Shown here piece after piece: positions 16,801-23,524 of a stretch of DNA of 38,341 nucleotides. Positions within the stretch are counted from its first letter, which is position 1, and every line of letters begins with the position of its first letter. Both the position numbers and the translations under genes were made by a program. Under the pieces are notes generated by a model. The model worked only from the letters and a program-made list of their open reading frames with translations. It was not told the DNA's origin and did not search any database. The stretch comes from Ignavibacteriales bacterium (lineage in GTDB: Bacteria > Bacteroidota > Ignavibacteria > UBA10030 > UBA6906): contig JBBIRR010000037.1 in NCBI GenBank assembly GCA_037441705.1, positions 1 through 38,341 on the forward strand, in the 5' to 3' direction.

Positions 16801-19794
16801 ATTCGTGGCAAACGGGGTCCCGATTTGAGTGCTTTGAGGTGTCCCCGCAGTTGCAAGAACTCTCGCTGCAGGACCAGGATTATTGGTAAGAGAGAATTGA
16901 GCCGGTGTGGAAACGCCCGGTGCCGACGCAGACACCTGATACGAGCCTGCAAGCGTATCTGCCGTAAACGCCGGGGCCGTTGCAATGCCGCTGGCGTTCG
17001 TGCGGACTTGCGCTGTTCTGCTCGTGCCAAACTTTCCGCTCGGCCCGCTTGATGGGGCCGTGAACGTTACCGTCGTATCCACAATCGGATTGTTGTTTGC
17101 ATCGCGAACAACAACAGCCAGGTTTGTGGCGAACGGGGTGTTCACCGTTGTAGATTGTGGATGACCAGCCACGATCGTGATGCTGCCCGGAGGACCGGCA
17201 AGATTGGTGAGCGAAAATGGAGCTGCAATGGAGTCACTGCCGGTGAACACCTTGCCGAACACGGTGTAACTTCCCGCGATGGTGTTGGCGGTAAACTGCG
17301 GCGCCGTGGCAATTCCCCCGGTTGTCGTTCTGACGGTATCAATCCCGCCGGCAAACGTGCCGCTTGCGCCGGTACCGGGCCGCGTAAACTTCACAAGCAC
17401 ACCGGGCACAGCGTTGTTTGCTCCGTCTCTGACTGCTACCTGAAGGTTCGTGGCAAACGGCGTCCCGACTTGAGTGGACTGTGGTGTACCGGCAGTCGCA
17501 ACAATCTGTGCGGGGGGCCCTGGAGTGTTAGTGAGATTGAAGACCGCCGGTGTTTGAGGGCCGGACGTTGCTGCCGTAACAACATACGATCCAGCAATGA
17601 AGTTTGCCACGAAAACTGCTGCCGTCGCAGCCCCGGAGGTATCGGTGAAAGCACTATCTACGTTATTGAAGAACGTCCCGCTTGGTCCACTGATCGGACG
17701 CGTAAACCGCACCAGCACATTGCTGAGCGGATTGCCAAATGTATCGCGCACAGTCGCTTTGAAATTGACCGGAAACGCCGTGCTGATTTGCGTGCTCTGT
17801 GGTGTGCCTGCCGTCGCCAATATCTGTCGCGCAGGACCAGGAGTATTTGTGAGAGAAAACAACGCGGGCGTAGCAACTCCCGCAACTCGTGCTGTGTCTG
17901 AATACGATCCTGCTATCGTGTTGGCGGTAAATGCCGTGGCCCGCGCAACACCGGCCGTATCCGTCACGACGTTGATGGAGCTAAGGCCGCCGGCAAATGT
18001 CCCTCGTGGGCCGGTTGTAGGTGCTGCAAATGTAACCGTCACCGCAGGCACACGATTGCCCGCTGCGTCCAGCACCGTTGCCTGAAGTAGGGTCGCAAAT
18101 GTGGTGTTCACCAACGCACTCTGCGGCGTTCCCGCCGTCGCCGTAATCGTTGCAGGCGGCCCCGGAGTAATGATGAAGGGATTGCTTACCGCCGAGGTAA
18201 GACCTGTGCTCGACGCAGTCAACACTTTTTCACCGACGAGGTTGATGCTCAAGTTACTGAATGTCGCGAGCCCCGATGCGTTTGTGTTTTGTGTCGTCGT
18301 GCCGCTCAAGGTTCCCGTACCGGAACTCAATGTCATCAACACGGCCACGCCGCTCTGGCTAACGTTGTTGCTGAACGTATCCTGCAACTGCACGGTCACG
18401 GGCGGACTGATGGACACGCCGGAGACGGTGTTCGTCGGCTGCTGGACAAATACCACCTTCTTCGGAGCTGCGGCGCTCACCACAATGTTGCTCGATGTCA
18501 CCGGCGTCAGAACGGGAGAGCTTGTAAACTGAATCGAGATGGTTCCTGCGACGTTGTGTCGCAAATCGGTGAAGGTAACCAGGCCGCCGGACGCTGTTCG
18601 CGTCACTGTACCTTGCAGCGTTCCGCTTCCTGCACTGCGTGCGGCGGTCACCACAGTCGAGTTGTCTGCCGTTACAAGGTTGCCGAACTGATCTTCAATC
18701 CGAACAACGGGCTGCTGGGCAAAGACAACGCCGGCCGTGGCTGTTGCCGATGGTTGCGTCTGAATTCCAAGCCGCGTCGCAGCAGCGTGACTGATAACAA
18801 ACGATGCACTCACGGCGGAATCTAACCCCGCGCTTGTTGCCTTGAGCTGCTTCGTTCCTGCAAGATTGATACTCAGATTGGAGAACGTCGCAAGTCCGGA
18901 GCTGTTCGTGTTTTGCGTCGTCGTTCCGCTCAGCACGCCGGTCCCCGAGTGAATTGCCATCACAACAGAGCGAACGCCCCCGACATTGTTGCCGAGGGAA
19001 TCTTGCACCTGGACGGTGATGGGCGGCGTAATGATCGTGCCGGCAGTATCGTTCGTTGGTTGCTGCACAAAAACCAATCGTGCTGCAACATTGGGGTTCA
19101 CGATGATATTCGCAGAGGTATCGGGCGTGAGCGTCGGACTGCTCGTAAAGCGAATGTTGATCGTGCCCGCAACATTGTGGCGCAAGTCGGTAAAGGTCAC
19201 AATGCCTCCGACAGCAAGGCGAGAGGTAGTGCCCTGCAAAGTACCTGTCCCAAGCAGCCGCGTTGCGGTAACCGTCGTGGTGTTGTCGCTCGTTACGAGG
19301 TTGCCGTTCGCGTCTTCGATGCGAACAATCGGCTGCTGTGGAAAGGGAACGCCTGCCGTCGCCACCGCCGAGGGTTCCTGGGAAATGGTCAGGCGTGCAG
19401 CCGCGCCGGGAATCACTGTAATCTTACCCGAAGGTACCTGGATGAGAAGTCCCGATGCCGCGCGAATGTATGCCGACCCAACACTGTGCCCCGTGAACAA
19501 CGCGCTCTTTCCGTCCGCGCTCGGAACAAGATCCCCCGGAACAACCCCTCCCGTCAGCGAATCAAGGCTCCATGTCGCAGCCACATTCGCAACAAACACT
19601 CCGGTGGCCGTCCGGGAAATCGCATAAACCCTGAGCGTGTCGCCTGACGCGAGGTTCTGGGCTGGAACGACTGTTCCGAGGCCGTCCGCTCTCGTTTCCA
19701 CACGAACCTGTGTGGCTTGCGCAAACGCACTCCCCACACAAACGGATGAGAGCATTACCCACGCGAAGGCCCATCGTTGTAATCGCTTTACCAT
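10810..19794 (-). CDS. giant (~2990 aa) T9SS-secreted surface protein/adhesin with tandem invasin/Big-like Ig repeats, IPT/FN3-like domains and type A CTD
   Basis: Signal peptide MVKRLQRWAFAWVMLSSVCVGSAFA|Q with GAGAGGG upstream. ~107-aa repeats with the VRD-x-xGNPVP motif; T/A/G/V/P-rich; WRVRATN FN3-like motif; C-terminus GNNFPNPFNPTT...WDGKN...FSGKMLLMK. The start is one of 19794, 19800 or 19815. Confidence 0.9.
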   Translation of the reverse strand: MVKRLQRWAFAWVMLSSVCVGSAFAQATQVRVETRADGLGTVVPAQNLASGDTLRVYAISRTATGVFVANVAATWSLDSLTGGVVPGDLVPSADGKSALFTGHSVGSAYIRAASGLLIQVPSGKITVIPGAAARLTISQEPSAVATAGVPFPQQPIVRIEDANGNLVTSDNTTTVTATRLLGTGTLQGTTSRLAVGGIVTFTDLRHNVAGTINIRFTSSPTLTPDTSANIIVNPNVAARLVFVQQPTNDTAGTIITPPITVQVQDSLGNNVGGVRSVVMAIHSGTGVLSGTTTQNTNSSGLATFSNLSINLAGTKQLKATSAGLDSAVSASFVISHAAATRLGIQTQPSATATAGVVFAQQPVVRIEDQFGNLVTADNSTVVTAARSAGSGTLQGTVTRTASGGLVTFTDLRHNVAGTISIQFTSSPVLTPVTSSNIVVSAAAPKKVVFVQQPTNTVSGVSISPPVTVQLQDTFSNNVSQSGVAVLMTLSSGTGTLSGTTTQNTNASGLATFSNLSINLVGEKVLTASSTGLTSAVSNPFIITPGPPATITATAGTPQSALVNTTFATLLQATVLDAAGNRVPAVTVTFAAPTTGPRGTFAGGLSSINVVTDTAGVARATAFTANTIAGSYSDTARVAGVATPALFSLTNTPGPARQILATAGTPQSTQISTAFPVNFKATVRDTFGNPLSNVLVRFTRPISGPSGTFFNNVDSAFTDTSGAATAAVFVANFIAGSYVVTAATSGPQTPAVFNLTNTPGPPAQIVATAGTPQSTQVGTPFATNLQVAVRDGANNAVPGVLVKFTRPGTGASGTFAGGIDTVRTTTGGIATAPQFTANTIAGSYTVFGKVFTGSDSIAAPFSLTNLAGPPGSITIVAGHPQSTTVNTPFATNLAVVVRDANNNPIVDTTVTFTAPSSGPSGKFGTSRTAQVRTNASGIATAPAFTADTLAGSYQVSASAPGVSTPAQFSLTNNPGPAARVLATAGTPQSTQIGTPFATNFRARVMDQFSNPLRNIVVTWTRPASGPSGTFLGNVNTGTTDSTGVATAQQFTANFIAGSYTVKASAPGVPDSASYALTNTAAAPSVIQTTGGSNQTTTVNTLFPLSLQATVRDQAGNPVPNVAVTFTSPLTGASGRFANDSTTYTVNTNASGVATTTVRANTAAGSWAAEARVSGVTAPAIFSLRNDPGAPATVTATAGAVQSAVVRRTYGINFEVTVRDAFSNPVPNVLVQFVKPPLSGPSGTFAGGVETATTNANGVATAVAFTANERAGAFVVTANVAGVGTPANFSLTNLADVPDTIVPTAGTPQATTVNTPFPQRLTVVVRDTFNNPVPNRTVTFNVPTSGPSGTFAGGVNIAQTDNAGIAQAPVLTANGSAGQWSATATVGGVSTPATFALTNNPGSPHTIIATSGTPQTAQVATTFPDTMKALVRDSSGNPVPNVIVTFLAPSSGPSGSFNGSNQVLTGTNGVAVAPTFTANNIAGTYQVTASVQGVATPALYQLRNTPGSPATISTIEPSSQSTIVGTTFPIPLQALVRDQFGNPVPNRTVTFTSPSTGASCNFPSSGVGTATTNDSGVARIVAVANTIAGQYTVSATVTGAPSPAFYTLTNLAAPPSSIAATRGSGQSAQVGTRFPIDLEATVSDAFGNLVPNALVRFTPPTSGPSGTFENGIDTVRTDQNGLARARPFTANSIAGGPYQVTATAVGGTNPMTSYSLTNLSGPPGSIQILQGSGQAVQVNTTFPIRFRVLVRDSNGNPVRGRNVHFEAPGGGATGTFQASGGTATDVETDTNGIAEASAFTASLRAGAYIVTASAPNVSAPVQFAMRNLAGPPRHIRQIAGSPQQTQVSTAFPVNFQAEVLDTFFNGTPNTLVRWLTPPQSGPSGTFFANRDTMLTDTNGIATAAVFIANIHAGQYLVKGVVANVADTAWYDLRNLPGPAASITAIDGTNQTTRVNTPFPSFLRVAVRDGAGNGVPNALVRFTYPLTGPSGRFENGIDTVRTDDFGFATSPLFIANTSAGRYVVRAATDGVTQPADFNLTNVATSPHTIIATGGSPQSAPVTTLFALRLQAMVRDTFGNPIPNLVVTFTPPSNGPSCSFEGSNSVLTNDSGMAVSNPFRANNIAGSYTVRGQAQGLNDSVNYSLTNTTGTAGSITIVAGRTQTAVVNTVFDTAFSVLVTDNFGNPVSGVDVTFSAPTTGPSGSFPGGATTIVVQSGSNGIATASAFRANTIAGSYTVTASSPTIGAPATFNLTNITGPLSTFLVEAENGGAIGLQLAIVPFSIRISARDAFNNLIANFTGTVTITSTGTLLAGGGVTPTFNNGELIHRIIMRQAASNVRITATRTTGGTQSGTSNAFQVNHPVPRIVSVSPPIGNLLDTLLLTVRGSNFVDSVVTSLNMGTNITVNALTVDDSTQLRATVTIGVTADTGSRTISVSNAQPGGGPSNTIPFVVEVPMPRPPILGGPPDSSRIYSPIATLSWSSTPLALAYRLQVATDAGFTGLVFEDSTLTVTTMTIGPPVLQRGATYFWRVRATNPRGTGEYSRAKVFTIQPLYPSSYTLATTVAYPTRESPGDYLPSDYRLVGFPGDPSRNNIRLDQLLGGTQNVDWVVYRDNGAAENYYVAFNANDPAFNLQTGRAFWVLKKGPWTISNVSVPSAPLDTNSFVVTIPLQRGWNIITNPYTSAVLWNDVRAINGILDPIYGFNGTFSTSNSMVPYAGYYFFNAESLATLKIPYGSFTTSPLGKPTYARNEGEWVVGMTFEVAGITDSSMSFGVRRDASAGLDRFEYRKPRGFVEIPSIAFNRSEWDRAYSEFASDFRPAVEQLEVWEMTVRSPFRNHLKLTFDGVADIPAHLKVFLIDEQQAKFADLRSDPVYRFDLPTGSKILKVVVGTEEAVREVLNSILPKEFALGNNFPNPFNPTTTLPIAVPQTADVSLKVYNILGEEVRTVFVGTLEPGRYFFVWDGKNNSGINVATGMYIARFATTTGKAFSGKMLLMK
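13030..18165 (-). repeat. 16 tandem diverged ~107-aa Ig-like repeats within the giant protein
   Basis: Hand count of 16 units of (AG)TPQS..V.T.F...L...VRD..GNPVP...V.F..P.SGPSG.F...AN..AG.Y.V.A...F.LTN; boundaries approximate. Confidence 0.85.
18170..19410 (-). repeat. A-B-A-B duplicated two-domain unit in the giant protein N-terminal region
   Basis: QQPIVRIEDANGNLVT...DLRHNVAGTI versus QQPVVRIEDQFGNLVT...DLRHNVAGTI; VFVQQPTN...TTQNTNxSGLATFSNLSINL occurs twice. Boundaries approximate. Confidence 0.8.
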
Positions 19795-20236
19795 ACGCAT
19801 CCCTCTCTGACTCATACGTTCACCTGAACACTCAACGGACAAGATCTCACCGATCTGTTGGGAGAAAGACTCATGGATTTTGTTTCGTAAGGCAGATTGC
19901 TTTTGGTTTGCACCGGAGATCACAAAGCGCAAGGAGAGGTCTATCTTGAAAATCCTATCGCGACCCTCCGCGAAACCACGTATTGCACGCCTCAACATAC
20001 GAAGAATTCGCGCATCAGTCAACGAATGCGAGGCTTCGTTTCGCTTCAACTTGTTTATACGCTAGGGCCACAGGACCGGATTTGTGACTCTCAGACCCAT
20101 CGTCACAAACCCCCTCCGCAGCGGACGCAGGCAAGCACCAACTCGCCGACCCGCAATCAGCAGGCTAGTGTGGAAGGCCCCCATTCCCCAAATACATACG
20201 ACGAAAGTGAACAGGCCGATCGAGAACCCCGACCGC

Positions 20237-20275
20237 TGCCCTCGAGAGGATTCGAACCTCCGACCAACGGTTTAG
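20237..20275 (-). repeat. 39-bp exact duplicate of the 3' half of tRNA-Arg(CCT) (att-like)
   Basis: TGCCCTCGAGAGGATTCGAACCTCCGACCAACGGTTTAG is identical to 20565-20603. Confidence 0.95.
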
Positions 20276-20513
20276 TCCCAAAGCGACTACAGGAAGCGTT
20301 TCTTCAGCTTCCTGTTCGTCGCTTTGCGGATCTCGCCGAAGGGGCTGTACAAAAAGAAACCATTGTCATTCTGAACCCTTCGGCTTCGCTCAGGGTAAAC
20401 TCAGCGAAGCGGAGTGAAGAATCCGGTAAATGGCTCGGTTCTGGATTCTTCGCCTCTGAAAAACGAGGCTCAGAATGACGCGTTACCACTCTTTGGTCAG
20501 CCTCGAAGGCGGA
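20276..20513. mobile_element. non-coding nested palindromic (REP/MITE-like) insert within the anticodon loop of the partial tRNA copy
   Basis: Inverted repeats: CAAAGCGAC/GTCGCTTTG (20279/20318); ACAGGAAGC/GCTTCCTGT (20289/20307); TCTCGCC-GAA-GGGGCTG...CAGCCTC-GAA-GGCGGAGA (20331-20515); GTCATTCTGA/TCAGAATGAC (20365/20470); GAAGAATCC/GGATTCTTC (20416/20443). tRNA sequence resumes as GAAACCGC at 20514-20521. Confidence 0.65.
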
Positions 20514-20564
20514 GAAACCGCATCGGCCATCAAAAAAAATCATCAACTCCGTAAAACACCTCTG

Positions 20565-20639
20565 TGCCCTCGAGAGGATTCGAACCTCCGACCAACGGTT
20601 TAGGAAACCGCTGCTCTATCCATACTGAGCTACGAGGGC
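20565..20639 (-). tRNA. tRNA-Arg (anticodon CCT), CCA not encoded
   Basis: Minus strand reads GCCCTCG TAGCTCAGTATGGATAGAGC A GCGGT TTCCTAA ACCGT TGGTC GGAGG TTCGAAT CCTCT CGAGGGC A, a complete cloverleaf. Confidence 0.97.
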
Positions 20640-20648
20640 AGCAATGGC

Positions 20649-20677
20649 AAGATAGTCAAACGCGCATTCTTTATCAA
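20649..20677 (-). promoter_or_regulatory. sigma70-type promoter of tRNA-Arg
   Basis: Minus strand TTGATA, 17 bp, TATCTT, ending 9 nt before the tRNA 5' end. Confidence 0.65.
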
Positions 20678-20890
20678 AGAGCAGAACGATGCTCCTATCT
20701 CCGAACATGCATTCGTGCCATGCAACACGATCTCGCCACGTTCAAGATTGTATCTTGATGCCGACAACTCTTCTTTGACTGCACCGGTCAACATCCCCCA
20801 CTCAACAGCGAAATCATTTTCTTCATCCCCCTTCGTTTGTCCGGCATGGTGCAGGCTCATTCAACAGCATTGTTATCGGGAGACTCACGC

Positions 20891-21019
20891 ATGGTGTTTG
20901 CATACATTGCTTTTGCCGCGCTGTTTGCTGCCACACTCCACTCACTCTCTCTTACCGCAAAAACGTACAGGCAGTATCGCGGCCTCAAGGTGATGAGGCG
21001 ACGTACAGCCGGTTCCTGA
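20891..21019 (+). CDS. possible 42-aa single-TM small protein
   Basis: GGGAG RBS before ATG 20891; MVFAYIAFAALFAATLHSLSLTAK followed by a basic tail; overlaps the nadD 3' end convergently. Confidence 0.4.
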   Translation: MVFAYIAFAALFAATLHSLSLTAKTYRQYRGLKVMRRRTAGS

Positions 21020-21575
21020 TCATGTAGCTGTAGACGCGTTCCGGCACGAGATGGCGAAAGGGCTTGCCGTCGCGGACGCGCCTGCGGATATCGCTCGATG
21101 AGATTCCGATCTCAGGAACGGGGCAGATGATTGTTCGCGTGCTCAACCACTTTGGAAGGCGCGCCATGGGAACGCCGGGGCGCGTCATGACCACGACAGA
21201 GGCGAGTTCAAGAATGCGATCGGGCGATTTCCAGGTATGCAGCGCGCGCAGATTGTCCATTCCCATCAAAAGAAAAAACTCATCGCGCGGTCGCCGACGG
21301 CACAGTTCTTCCAGCGTATCAACCGTGTAGGACACGCCACCGCGCTTCACTTCAAGGTCGGACACGAGGAAGTTCGGGTTCCCAGCAACGGCACGCGCTA
21401 CAAGCTTCAATCTCTGAGCGGCGGGCGTGATCGTGCGCCCTTGCTTGTGCGGCGAGCGCGATGCAGGAATGAATAAGACTCTGTCAAGCTTCAGTGCACC
21501 GCGAACCTCGTCGGCCACAATCAGATGACCGATATGGGGAGGATCGAACGTTCCGCCGAAAATGCCGATCTTCAT
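20985..21575 (-). CDS. nadD: nicotinate-nucleotide adenylyltransferase
   Basis: GIFGGTFDPPHIGH, SYTVDTL, LMGMD, ISSSDIRRR. Confidence 0.96.
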   Translation of the reverse strand: MKIGIFGGTFDPPHIGHLIVADEVRGALKLDRVLFIPASRSPHKQGRTITPAAQRLKLVARAVAGNPNFLVSDLEVKRGGVSYTVDTLEELCRRRPRDEFFLLMGMDNLRALHTWKSPDRILELASVVVMTRPGVPMARLPKWLSTRTIICPVPEIGISSSDIRRRVRDGKPFRHLVPERVYSYMIRNRLYVASSP

Positions 21576-21585
21576 AATCTTTCTT

Positions 21586-22584
21586 TCATAGAATGGATTT
21601 CCAACCGCCGAATCGTTTCACGCCGCGCAGGAACCAGTAGAAGTACCAAAGCGGCAGCACGGCGTACGCTGCCGTATCGCGCACGCGCCAGAGTTTCACT
21701 GCATCCCTCTCCTGGAATTTGTATCGAAGAACGATGTGTGCCGCGAGCGCAACGCCTGCCGCGAGCCAGACCAGAACAACATTGCCCATCAATGCAGATG
21801 TGCACGCAATCAAGCCCGAAAGCACGAAGGCGAGACAGCTGTAGTGCATCGGCCGGCCGAACGAGAGACGCCCAACCTGCTTGCGCTCGATGTGCGTACG
21901 AAAGAGCCGCGGATGCTTCCTGTACAGCAGCGGATCAAACATGTAACGCTTGACATGCGCAAACGCACTCCCGGTTGTCGGGAACTGGATCGGATGCCAG
22001 GCAACGACATCCTCGGGCTGAAGTGCCGTGTAGCCGGCTTCAACGATCCGAAATCCGAGGTCGGCATCGTCACGAAAGAAGAGCCCCGTCTGTTGGTCGA
22101 AGAACGCCGGATCAAAGCCGCCGACGTTCATGACGACGTCGCGCCGGAAGAAGATCGCCGCAGTAACGAAACCCTGCCGCGACGCGTGAAGCTGCAGCGG
22201 ACGGTCGTTTCCGTCGATGAGCAGCGTTGTTTCGACGATACCCACGCGTGAGTCGGAAAAGTATGCGAGCGCCCTCTCCAGACAGTCGTTGCGAAGCACA
22301 ACGTCATCATCCATGCAGGCAACGATGGGCGCACACGCCCGCGCGAGTCCTGCATTACGGGCACGCGGAGGCCCCACGCGTTCGTTTTCAATCACATGCA
22401 ACACGAACGGAAATCTCGCTGCGCGAAGAAATTCCCTCGTAGTGTCGGTTGAGCCGTCATCCACAACGATCACTTCAAGGTCCGAGGCGGGAAGTGTCTG
22501 CTCACCAAGCGAGCCGAGGAGACGCCGGAGCAACTGTACGTGGTTGCGGGTAGGAATGACAACCGAGACACGACAGTTAGCCAC
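21586..22584 (-). CDS. GT2-family glycosyltransferase
   Basis: VSVVIPTRN, VIVVDDGSTD, ARNAG, MDDD (DxD), GGFD...DADLGFR. Confidence 0.92.
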   Translation of the reverse strand: MANCRVSVVIPTRNHVQLLRRLLGSLGEQTLPASDLEVIVVDDGSTDTTREFLRAARFPFVLHVIENERVGPPRARNAGLARACAPIVACMDDDVVLRNDCLERALAYFSDSRVGIVETTLLIDGNDRPLQLHASRQGFVTAAIFFRRDVVMNVGGFDPAFFDQQTGLFFRDDADLGFRIVEAGYTALQPEDVVAWHPIQFPTTGSAFAHVKRYMFDPLLYRKHPRLFRTHIERKQVGRLSFGRPMHYSCLAFVLSGLIACTSALMGNVVLVWLAAGVALAAHIVLRYKFQERDAVKLWRVRDTAAYAVLPLWYFYWFLRGVKRFGGWKSIL

Positions 22585-23524
22585 GCGCGTACTCCTTCCC
22601 TCCAGACATCAGTACTAGCGTGCGAAGATAGCCGCGCATACTCGATGCTGCCGTCATTCGCAGCGAAGGTTTCAGCAGCGCAATCACCGCCCACACACAC
22701 AGCCGAAGGCATGACCGCATGACGAGAATCAGTTTCACCATCGCACGCTGCCAGGCCGAATAATGCTTGTGGTAAAAAAGCATCAGACTCCGATGATAAT
22801 GAACAAGACGGCGCTCATCGTAATGGCCAAGCTCCACGTTGGCGAAATGCGTTACGGTTGCCGCCGGGCAGACATAGACGCTGTATCCTGCGTGCACCAT
22901 TCGCTTGCACCAATCAACTTCTTCAAAATACAAGAAGAAACGTTCATCCAATCCTCCGATGGTTTGTATCGCAGAAGTCCGAACGATCATGCACGCTCCC
23001 TGAACATAGTCGACGCGACGCGGTACGGATGCATCGGCGTACAGCTCCTTATGCCGTCCGAAGATTCTCGATCGGGGAAAGAGCCGATCGAGAAACATCG
23101 TCTCGAAGAAGATGTTGAGAGTATTCGGAAATCGAACTCCGGTGTACTGCGGAGTGCCGTCTTCATTGCGCAGGCCAGGGCCTGCTGCCGCAGCGTCGGG
23201 ATGGGCATCCATGAACTGCACGAGCGCATCCAGCGCGCCTTTGTGCACGACGGTATCGGGATTCAGCAGCAACACGTATCGTCCGGCGGCTTGTTCGAAT
23301 GCCTGATTGTTTGCCGATGCGAAGCCCCTGTTCTCCGCATTGGTAATCAACCGAATGCGGTGAGGATAGCCCCTCACAACGTCCGGTGTTCCGTCCGTCG
23401 AGGCATTGTCCACCACAATCACCTCGTACGTTATCGCCGGCGTCGAGGCGGCAAGAGACTCGAGGCAACGCTGCAGGTGCGCGCGACTGTTCCAGCTAAC
23501 GATAACGATGGAGAGATCACACAT
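22577..23524 (-). CDS. GT2-family glycosyltransferase (WbbL/rhamnosyltransferase-like)
   Basis: LSIVIVSWN, VVDNASTDG, NRGFASANN, LLLNPD, GACMIVR, DERFFLYFEEVDWC. Confidence 0.92.
   Translation of the reverse strand: MCDLSIVIVSWNSRAHLQRCLESLAASTPAITYEVIVVDNASTDGTPDVVRGYPHRIRLITNAENRGFASANNQAFEQAAGRYVLLLNPDTVVHKGALDALVQFMDAHPDAAAAGPGLRNEDGTPQYTGVRFPNTLNIFFETMFLDRLFPRSRIFGRHKELYADASVPRRVDYVQGACMIVRTSAIQTIGGLDERFFLYFEEVDWCKRMVHAGYSVYVCPAATVTHFANVELGHYDERRLVHYHRSLMLFYHKHYSAWQRAMVKLILVMRSCLRLCVWAVIALLKPSLRMTAASSMRGYLRTLVLMSGGKEYARG

Noticed and set aside
13030-18165. CRISPR array or DGR-like nucleotide repeats
   Set aside because: The repeats are in-frame diverged protein domains. There are no identical short repeats with spacers, no cas genes and no reverse transcriptase.
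19795-20049. 85-codon N-terminal extension of the giant protein from TTG 20049
   Set aside because: The signal peptide and RBS point to a start near 19794-19815; the extension would bury the signal peptide and looks non-coding.
10810-20275. Giant adhesin as cargo of a genomic island integrated at tRNA-Arg
   Set aside because: The tRNA duplicate lies only 328 bp from the tRNA, so the adhesin is outside the repeat pair. No integrase, no further att copy near proS and no obvious compositional shift were seen.
20276-20513. Group I intron in tRNA-Arg(CCU), as known in some proteobacteria
   Set aside because: The insert does not end in the required G before the 3' exon, no P7/catalytic core is recognizable, the 5' exon is incomplete, and the sequence is explained by nested palindromes. 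An Infernal search would be decisive.
19897-20546. ORFs 19897-20478 (+) and 20304-20546 (-) across the tRNA-copy region
   Set aside because: They translate tRNA and palindrome sequence, with no transposase, integrase or nuclease motifs.
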